Positions 7,901-12,139 of a stretch of 12,139 nt of DNA are shown one piece after another. The stretch lies in NCBI GenBank assembly GCA_964617525.1, contig CAZTWG010000011.1, positions 1 through 12,139 on the forward strand. Direction: 5' to 3'. Each line of letters begins with the position of its first letter. Position 1 is the stretch's first letter. Position numbers and translations under genes: made by a program. The notes under the pieces were generated by a model. It saw only the letters and a list, made by a program, of their open reading frames with translations, had not been told where the DNA came from and searched no databases. This stretch comes from an uncultured Gammaproteobacteria bacterium. Its GTDB lineage: Bacteria > Patescibacteriota > Patescibacteriia > UBA2591 > UBA6264.

Positions 7901-8491
7901 TCACAAAGAAAATCTAATAAATCTCTTTACTTGGATATTTTCCCCCAACTTAGCAATCATTGACTGAATTAGATCTTTGATTGTCAGCTTATCGTCTTTT
8001 ACGAATTTTTGCTCTAACAAACAAGAAGTGTTGTAAAATTTTTCTAATTTATTTCCTACAATTTTTTCAATCATCTCTTCTGGTTTTTTTTCGTTTTTCA
8101 AAGCCTCTCTATAAATTTGCTTTTCTTTTTCAAGAATCTCTGCAGGAACTTCTTCTCTTTCTTTCCATCGTGGATTAGTAGCCGCTATATGTAAAGCAAT
8201 ATTGTGAGCCAATTTTTTAAATTCTTCGTTGCGAGCGACAAAATCAGTTTCGCAGACCAATTCCAACAAAACTCCCATTTTATGATTGCTATGGATATAC
8301 GCCTCTATTATCCCTTCATTTGTTGCTCTCAGCCCTTTACCACTAGCAATTTTTTGACCCTTTTTTCTCAAAAATTCTATAGCCTTATCTAAATCGTTGT
8401 TGCTTTCTTTAAGAGCTTCTTGACAATCCAAGACCCCTGCTCCTGTTATTTGACGTAATTCTTTAATAACTTCTGTCATAATTAAATACAT
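7901..8491 (-). CDS. tsf: Translation elongation factor Ts (short form)
   Basis: The UBA-like N-terminus IKELRQITGAGVLDCQEALKESNNDLDKAIEFLRKKG and TDFVARNEEF are diagnostic. The gene lies directly downstream of rpsB. The true start may be the second ATG at 8479 (MTEVIKELR...). The stop codon is TGA. Confidence 0.9.
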   Translation of the reverse strand: MYLIMTEVIKELRQITGAGVLDCQEALKESNNDLDKAIEFLRKKGQKIASGKGLRATNEGIIEAYIHSNHKMGVLLELVCETDFVARNEEFKKLAHNIALHIAATNPRWKEREEVPAEILEKEKQIYREALKNEKKPEEMIEKIVGNKLEKFYNTSCLLEQKFVKDDKLTIKDLIQSMIAKLGENIQVKRFIRFSL

Positions 8492-8534
8492 TATGTTTAT
8501 AAAATAGAATTTAATTTCAAGTGTTTAATGGCCC

Positions 8535-8548
8535 ATCTGCGCGCAGAT
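8535..8548. repeat. GC-rich perfect 14-bp palindrome in the rpsB-tsf spacer
   Basis: ATCTGCGCGCAGAT is self-complementary and can form a hairpin such as AUCUG-CGCG-CAGAU. No adjacent U-tract exists on the minus strand, so it is not a canonical terminator. Confidence 0.6.
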
Positions 8549-8635
8549 AAGACTTTGTATAACAAAAAAAGAATAATTTCCTACTATAAGCGTAGCAAAT
8601 AGCAAGATTCTGACGAGCATAGCAAGAGGTGGTCC

Positions 8636-9421
8636 TTATTTATCAGATTTTTCATTGTCCAGTTTTTCTTCTTTTATTTCATTTTTAATTTCGCTTTTTT
8701 TCTCATTCTGGCCAATGACAACTGCCTCTGCTATTAACCTAGTAATCATTTCCACTGACTTAACGGCATCATCATTCGCGGGGATTGGACAAGTTACTAG
8801 CTCTGGATTAGCATTAGTATCTACTATAGCTATAACCGGGACTTTGCATTTTATTGCTTCCAATAAGGCCGTTTTTTCATGAATAATATCTACAATATAA
8901 AGCAAATCTGGCTTTTTCCTTAAACTACTAATACCTCCTACCATTGTTTCTAATTTAGTTAATTCTCTGCTCAAATCTAAACGTTCTTTCTTGGTATACT
9001 TCTGCCAAGCATCAGATTCTGATTCCTCTGACATTTTATTAAACTTTTCAATCAGTTTAGAAATTGTAGAAAAATTAGTTAAAGTTCCACCCAACCATCT
9101 TTGATTAACATAAGGAACACCTATTTTCTGAGCATATTTTTCAATAATATTTTTAGCTGTAGGTTTTGTTCCTAAAAAAAGAATATTAGACCCCGAACTT
9201 ACTTGTTCTATGATAAAATTAACTGCTTCTTGCAATTTACCTACTGTTTGGTCTAAATCAATAAAATGAATATTACTTCTTAATGCGCAAATAAATGGTC
9301 TCATTTTAGGTAAACATTTATTTTTGAAATGACCTAAATGTGCGCCTGCCTCCGCTAACTCGTCTACAGTAGGCATCGGAAGGGATGCATGCTTTATTTT
9401 AGATTTTGTAACCATAAGCAT
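8636..9421 (-). CDS. rpsB: Ribosomal protein uS2
   Basis: 261 aa with LAEAGAHLGHFKNKCLPKMRPFI, RWLGGTLTNF and VDTNANPELVTCPIPANDDAVKS. The C-terminal tail is acidic and Lys-rich. An alternative start at the internal Met (MPTVDEL, ATG at 9376) is possible. Confidence 0.92.
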   Translation of the reverse strand: MLMVTKSKIKHASLPMPTVDELAEAGAHLGHFKNKCLPKMRPFICALRSNIHFIDLDQTVGKLQEAVNFIIEQVSSGSNILFLGTKPTAKNIIEKYAQKIGVPYVNQRWLGGTLTNFSTISKLIEKFNKMSEESESDAWQKYTKKERLDLSRELTKLETMVGGISSLRKKPDLLYIVDIIHEKTALLEAIKCKVPVIAIVDTNANPELVTCPIPANDDAVKSVEMITRLIAEAVVIGQNEKKSEIKNEIKEEKLDNEKSDK

Positions 9422-9464
9422 TTACTACATAATTAAATAACCTTTTAAAATTTACTATAAATTT

Positions 9465-9493
9465 ATAATAACAAATAAATGATTGAATAGCAA
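9465..9493 (-). promoter_or_regulatory. Putative promoter for rpsB-tsf
   Basis: The minus strand reads TTGCTA (9493-9488), 17-nt spacer, TATTAT (9470-9465). AT-rich context, so only moderate specificity. Confidence 0.3.
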
Positions 9494-9697
9494 CCCCTTC
9501 AAAGAGTTGACGGATGTGCTTGTTCATATACGATAAACTTAAATAGATTAAGGAGGGAAATTTTCGCAAAAAGCGGAGACATGGGTTCTAGCTGAATGTA
9601 AGAATAATATCCTTCCAAGGGATAAAAATTACAAATTTTCGTCTACATTCACACAATATTTGGATTAATCTTTAATAGATAATCTTATTTTTTTTAC

Positions 9698-9943
9698 TTA
9701 AAAACCTGCCTTGAGCTTGGACATTTGAGATGCCAAATTAAACTGCATTTTATGTATTGCCCTATTAAAACATTTTTTAATAGAGTTCTCCTGAGCTTCT
9801 AAATCTAAATCTGAATTAAGATTAATTTCTAAAATTTCCATTTTCCCATTAATTCTTATTTTTACTCCATTCAATTCTTCCGTTACTTCTTCTTTAGTTA
9901 AAATATCCTGCATTTGTTTTAATTCTTTTAATCCGTTAAACAT
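9698..9943 (-). CDS. YbaB/EbfC-family nucleoid-associated protein (short form)
   Basis: 81 aa. The pattern MFNGLKELKQMQ...VTEELNGVKIRINGKMEILEINLN...IKKCFNRAIHKMQ matches the YbaB fold pattern (N-terminal helix, beta-hairpin 'G.V.V...G...I..I.I', C-terminal helix). Confidence 0.65.
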   Translation of the reverse strand: MFNGLKELKQMQDILTKEEVTEELNGVKIRINGKMEILEINLNSDLDLEAQENSIKKCFNRAIHKMQFNLASQMSKLKAGF

Positions 9944-9965
9944 AAATATAAATTATAAATTAAAC

Positions 9966-10045
9966 AAAAAAATGGTGCCTACCTAGCATCTGAAGAGCGA
10001 ACCCTTTGTCAGCTAAAAGAACCGAAGTTCTAAGATAAGCACCAT
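9966..10045 (-). ncRNA. Unclassified structured small RNA (~80 nt) with its own promoter and 3' U-tract
   Basis: A 7-bp closing helix AUGGUGC (10045-10039) / GCACCAU (9978-9972) is followed directly by U6-7. Two internal hairpins are each capped by UUCG: AGAAC-UUCG-GUUCU (10031-10018), and a longer arm (10017-9982) with a 5x5 internal loop UGACA/CAGAU able to form tandem G.A pairs. G.U pairs and the C(UUCG)G loop favour the minus strand. Confidence 0.5.
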
Positions 10046-10050
10046 GGAAT

Positions 10051-10078
10051 ATTTTATCATAACTATTCTTTTTAGCAA
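10051..10078 (-). promoter_or_regulatory. Putative promoter of the small RNA
   Basis: The minus strand reads TTGCTA (10078-10073), 16-nt spacer, TAAAAT (10056-10051). The predicted TSS at 10044-10045 is exactly the first base of the closing helix. Confidence 0.4.
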
Positions 10079-10116
10079 TACCTAATCTGTGGATAACTAA
10101 AAGTGTAAAATCATTA

Positions 10117-10145
10117 TTGACAAATAGGGTAAAATATGCCATAAT
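10117..10145 (+). promoter_or_regulatory. Near-consensus sigma70 promoter for the 10184-10777 gene; a strong SD follows at 10173-10178
   Basis: TTGACA (10117-10122), 17-nt spacer, CATAAT (10140-10145). AAAGGAGGT places AGGAGG at 10173-10178, 5 nt before the ATG at 10184. Confidence 0.55.
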
Positions 10146-10183
10146 AGTAGTATCTTTGAAAAAAGAAAAAAAAGGAGGTATTC

Positions 10184-10777
10184 ATGAAGAACACAACAAA
10201 AGCCTTAATCGCGATAGTCATAACGGCTATCATAGCATTCGGCGCTCTCTCTTACCTTGGCACAAGGGAGAATAATTCCAGCATCAACCAATGGACAGAA
10301 AAGATCAATCAAAATTCTCAAAAAATCGAACAAGTTCGGGAAGCTACCCAAAACTCAATTTCTGCCCATTCAGAACTGATCAATGACAATGCCAACGCAA
10401 TTGCTGACAATGCAGGTTTGATCGCTGACAATGCAGGTTTGATCGCTGACAATGCAGGTTTGATCGCTAACAACACTGCAGATATTCAAAAATTGCAGAA
10501 AACTCAGGCAGAATTAAAAAAGATCGTTTGGGCTCATGGAGCCAAAACAAACCGAGTTGTTAAGCTTTTCTTCAGGCTGGCATACGGAAGTAGTGCCGAA
10601 ACACAAAAAAGAATTTTTGATTACACAAGGAATCCGTATTCCAAAGAAAAACTCTGGGATGAAACAATTCTCAGGTTAAAAAAAGTTGAGATAGAAAGAC
10701 TGATTTACATCTACAACGAAGAAGCTAAAATTTTGAAAATCCAATTGAAAATAGAAGAACTGAGACGAAAGGATTAA
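10184..10777 (+). CDS. N-terminally membrane-anchored coiled-coil protein with IADNAGL heptad repeats; function unknown
   Basis: 197 aa. The TM/signal-anchor is ALIAIVITAIIAFGALSYLG. Five consecutive heptads follow (INDNANA, IADNAGL x3, IANNTAD). The C-terminus is a helical K/E-rich region. GC is about 45% in the first 100 nt, against about 35% in argS. Confidence 0.85.
   Translation: MKNTTKALIAIVITAIIAFGALSYLGTRENNSSINQWTEKINQNSQKIEQVREATQNSISAHSELINDNANAIADNAGLIADNAGLIADNAGLIANNTADIQKLQKTQAELKKIVWAHGAKTNRVVKLFFRLAYGSSAETQKRIFDYTRNPYSKEKLWDETILRLKKVEIERLIYIYNEEAKILKIQLKIEELRRKD
10379..10483 (+). repeat. In-frame 21-bp tandem repeat (three perfect copies flanked by degenerate copies) encoding heptads
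   Basis: GCTGACAATGCAGGTTTGATC occurs at 10403-10423, 10424-10444 and 10445-10465 with 100% identity. Flanking units are diverged (aatgacaatgccaacgcaatt; gctaacaacactgcagatatt). Confidence 0.9.
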
Positions 10778-10788
10778 TTCAACAAAAA

Positions 10789-10820
10789 GCCGAGACATAA
10801 TGTCTCGGCTTAACCTTTTT
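10789..10820 (+). terminator. Intrinsic terminator of the 10184-10777 gene
   Basis: GCCGAGACA-TAA-TGTCTCGGC (10789-10809) is followed by TTAACCTTTTT. Confidence 0.8.
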
Positions 10821-10835
10821 ATATAACACAAAAGC

Positions 10836-10861
10836 TTGGTGGCTAAGCCACCAAACTTTTT
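10836..10861. terminator. Second GC-rich hairpin terminator, usable in both orientations (also serves the convergent 10869-11189 gene)
   Basis: TTGGTGGC-TAA-GCCACCAA (10836-10854) is followed by ACTTTTT on the plus strand. On the minus strand the hairpin is followed by GCUUUUG. Confidence 0.65.
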
Positions 10862-10868
10862 CTTTAAT

Positions 10869-11189
10869 CTAATTGTTTAGTGCGGAAATAAATTCAGTGC
10901 TGAAAGCATCAAGCGCTTTTTTTACCACCTCTTCATAATTCTCAATACGAGAACTAAAAAATTCCTGCACTTTGGGGTCGTTAGAGTCTATGCTCTCGTC
11001 TAATAATTTTTCATAGTCAGCCAATCCCTTTTCATCTAAAGCATCTACAGAAACCAGACCCAATCTTCGCTGGATTTGTTCCATTAACTTATTTTTATAA
11101 AGTTCCAGTTCTTCTTCTGGTAAAGTGATGTTTGCCTGCTGAATTAAGCTATCAGCAAAAGTTTCTATTGGATTTTTTTCTTCAGTCAT
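10869..11189 (-). CDS. Small acidic all-helical protein of unknown function (resembles, from memory, DUF5663-type proteins common in Patescibacteria/Actinobacteria)
   Basis: 106 aa, strongly acidic. The pattern ...ITLPEEELELYKNKLMEQIQRRLGLVSVDALDEKGLADYEKLL.....VQEFFSSRIENYEEVVKKALDAF matches the remembered family pattern L.LP.E....F...I...LE.RVG..L...L.D.QL.EFE.L....WL....PNY..VV. The stop codon is TAG. Confidence 0.7.
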   Translation of the reverse strand: MTEEKNPIETFADSLIQQANITLPEEELELYKNKLMEQIQRRLGLVSVDALDEKGLADYEKLLDESIDSNDPKVQEFFSSRIENYEEVVKKALDAFSTEFISALNN

Positions 11190-11236
11190 AATAATTTGAT
11201 TATAAATTTATAATTTATTATAATTCTTCCCTTATT

Positions 11237-11518
11237 CTAATGGTGGAAGTTTAGAGCGATCAATAACACCTTCTCCCAATCTTTTAGCCGCCATATCCAC
11301 GTTTTATGCATATTCTTTAAAAGCCAGTTTGCTTCCTCAATACGACTTTCTTTGAGTAATTCTCCATGAATTTGCAATTGCATAGAAAGCTCTCTGCTTA
11401 TATTCTTTGCTTCTGCTTGTAATAAGCTGATATTTTTACCTGCACTAAGCTTTTCTAACCAATCGGAAGATAAATTTTCTCTTCCAGTACTGCATTGAAT
11501 CGTTCCATTATATCTCAT
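11237..11518 (-). CDS. 93-aa ORF; probably the C-terminal fragment of the frameshifted upstream gene rather than an independent gene
   Basis: The ATG is at 11518, but the same frame is open for 38 further codons upstream to 11632, with no ATG/GTG/TTG. That upstream stretch encodes protein-like sequence (PPVEEILPNTSEISTGTINAEFTHDRGGDIIG). Confidence 0.55.
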   Translation of the reverse strand: MRYNGTIQCSTGRENLSSDWLEKLSAGKNISLLQAEAKNISRELSMQLQIHGELLKESRIEEANWLLKNMHKTWIWRLKDWEKVLLIALNFHH

Positions 11519-11645
11519 GCCAATTATGTCGCCACCCCGATCATGCGTAAATTCAGCATTAATCGTCCCAGTAGAGATTTCTGATGTATTTGGTAGTATT
11601 TCTTCTACTGGGGGTATGTTTCCGTAACTTCTTCAACGGGTGGGA

Positions 11646-12139
11646 CTACCTCTCTACTTCTGCTGGTGTTAATACTTCTGCAACTGATTCTGTTCTTGGC
11701 TGTGTCTCTGGGATACCGTACAATCTATCTAATAAATCGTGGGACTCGCCTGATATGGATTTTAATGATTCTTTTGTGGTTTCCATATATTCATTGAGAG
11801 ATTCTGATAATGAATTATCGCCCAATAGATCATTATAACGTTGTGCCAACTCATTACATTCTTTTAAAGCACCTCCAGAGGTTATAACAGAAACATTATA
11901 TTCTTCTTTGGCAGAATTTAATATTGCTTCGGCACCTTTTATTCTTCCCTTTAATCCAAAAAATCTTCTGACAAAGCCAGCAAAATTATCTGTGTTCTGA
12001 GAGTTTAAATCATTTAACGCTTCTGTGCACTCAGCTGTCTTGCGAGCGGCTTGCGTTACTTTTTCATTTATATTACTAATAAAAGGAATATTTTTTATAT
12101 CTTCGATATCACTTATTTTAGTAACGTCTAAATTGGAAT
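11646..12139 (-). CDS. 3' part of a larger gene running off the right edge (5' end outside the window); helical region followed by a P/E/V/T-rich linker
   Basis: My own translation of the minus strand shows the frame of the listed 67-aa ORF is open all the way to position 12139: ...SNLDVTKISDIEDIKNIPFISNINEKVTQAARKTAECTEALNDLNSQNTDNFAGFVRRFFGLKGRIKGAEAILNSAKEEYNVSVITSGGALKECNELAQRYNDLLGDNSL...YGIPETQPRTESVAEVLTPAEVER*. The ORF track started it at an internal TTG. Confidence 0.75.
   Translation of the reverse strand, partial: SNLDVTKISDIEDIKNIPFISNINEKVTQAARKTAECTEALNDLNSQNTDNFAGFVRRFFGLKGRIKGAEAILNSAKEEYNVSVITSGGALKECNELAQRYNDLLGDNSLSESLNEYMETTKESLKSISGESHDLLDRLYGIPETQPRTESVAEVLTPAEVER

Larger units (their letters stand above)
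11237..12139 (-). pseudogene. Candidate single gene disrupted by two 1-nt frameshifts (or sequence errors) in its linker region
   Basis: Related hexapeptide motifs occur in three different frames within 75 nt. TPAEVE (11669-11652) is in the upstream frame. PPVEEV (11643-11626) is in the second frame, which stops at TAG 11607-11605. PPVEEI (11614-11597) is in the frame of the 93-aa ORF. The second switch coincides with a C5 run at 11614-11610. Confidence 0.55.

Noticed and set aside
7901-7903. Alternative genetic code 25 (UGA=Gly). Reading through the tsf TGA gives ...RFIRFSL-G-D-stop, which resembles the common EF-Ts RF..GE ending, and the genome style is CPR-like.
   Set aside because: The housekeeping ORFs read uninterrupted at full expected length under the standard-code ORF track (for example argS at 578 codons, and rpsB), so they contain no in-frame TGA. 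Reading through the PSP1 TGA (7064-7066) would create an implausible ~40-aa extension overlapping the next gene. Standard code 11 is far more likely.
8535-8548. rpsB terminator at the GC palindrome
   Set aside because: On the transcribed minus strand the T-run precedes rather than follows the hairpin. At most it is an RNA stability or processing hairpin, or a protein-binding palindrome, so it is listed only as a repeat.
738-8882. Antisense or shadow ORFs from the track (738-923, 2267-2449, 3833-4060, 6143-6403, 6310-6603, 6913-7110, 7614-7829, 7981-8178, 8204-8392, 8655-8882)
   Set aside because: Each lies wholly or largely opposite a well-supported conserved gene. Their composition is low-complexity and F/L/S-rich, typical of antisense frames in AT-rich DNA, and they lack start-site signals.
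9456-9467. Palindromic 12-mer TATAAATTTATA, found upstream of both rpsB (9456-9467) and the 106-aa gene (11201-11212), as a possible shared operator
   Set aside because: It is A/T-only in a genome of about 33% GC, overlaps -10-like sequence, and two occurrences are not beyond chance. It is noted only as promoter-like context.
9966-10045. Small SRP (4.5S) RNA, suggested by proximity to ybaB
   Set aside because: The near-invariant helix-8 elements (GUCAGG on the 5' side, a GNRA tetraloop, AGCAGC on the 3' side) are absent. The loops are UUCG and the internal loop is UGACA/CAGAU. It is kept only as an unclassified ncRNA.
9972-10045. tRNA (74 nt bounded by a 7-bp acceptor-like helix)
   Set aside because: No D-arm with GG, no T-arm/T-loop (GTTCRANYC) and no anticodon-arm geometry can be drawn. 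The helix is followed by a U-tract rather than a discriminator base and CCA context.
9960-10142. 60-aa minus-strand ORF (MAYFTLFVNNDFTLLVIHRLG...)
   Set aside because: It spans the structured sRNA, that RNA's promoter and the divergent plus-strand promoter. Its composition is dictated by the RNA helices and A/T boxes, and it has no protein-like features.
10379-10483. CRISPR-like array
   Set aside because: The 21-bp units are directly abutting with no spacers. They lie in frame inside a CDS and encode heptads, so this is a coding tandem repeat and not CRISPR.
11237-11518. Type II toxin-antitoxin pair formed by the adjacent 93-aa and 106-aa genes
   Set aside because: The 93-aa ORF is better explained as the tail of the frameshifted upstream gene, because the open frame continues 38 codons upstream without a start. 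Neither protein shows a recognisable toxin or antitoxin motif.
11584-11838. 84-aa plus-strand ORF (MYLVVFLLLGVCF...)
   Set aside because: It is antisense to the edge-spanning minus-strand gene, whose frame is open for at least 164 codons and encodes coherent helical and linker sequence. There are no supporting signals.

Overview
AT-rich window (about 33-35% GC in the 100-nt stretches I hand-counted). It looks like a small-genome bacterium, possibly Patescibacteria/CPR-like; that placement is inference from gene content and style. Positions 2135-9943 form one minus-strand block of core genes: ybaB-like, rpsB, tsf, a PSP1/RicT-like gene, an exported DJ-1/PfpI lipoprotein, argS, an archaeal-type pyrH, a small membrane protein, then a separately promoted rplJ-rplL unit with a structured L10-type leader/attenuator. 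The left end (55-2037, plus strand) encodes a 660-aa single-pass membrane protein with a degenerate PP2C-like N-domain and a C-terminal six-blade beta-propeller. The right end (about 9960-12139) is the unusual part. (i) A roughly 80-nt structured small RNA has its own promoter and U-tract and matches no RNA class I recognise. (ii) A GC-richer gene is the only one here with a strong Shine-Dalgarno. It encodes a membrane-anchored coiled-coil protein containing three perfect 21-bp (heptad) tandem repeats. (iii) A small acidic helical protein. (iv) A larger gene runs off the window edge and appears broken by two frameshifts inside a Pro/Glu/Val-rich linker, because the same peptide motif is encoded in three different frames. 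I found no CRISPR array, rRNA, tRNA or recognisable mobile element. No complete novel multi-gene system can be demonstrated from this window. The best candidates for follow-up are the orphan sRNA and the right-end accessory module.
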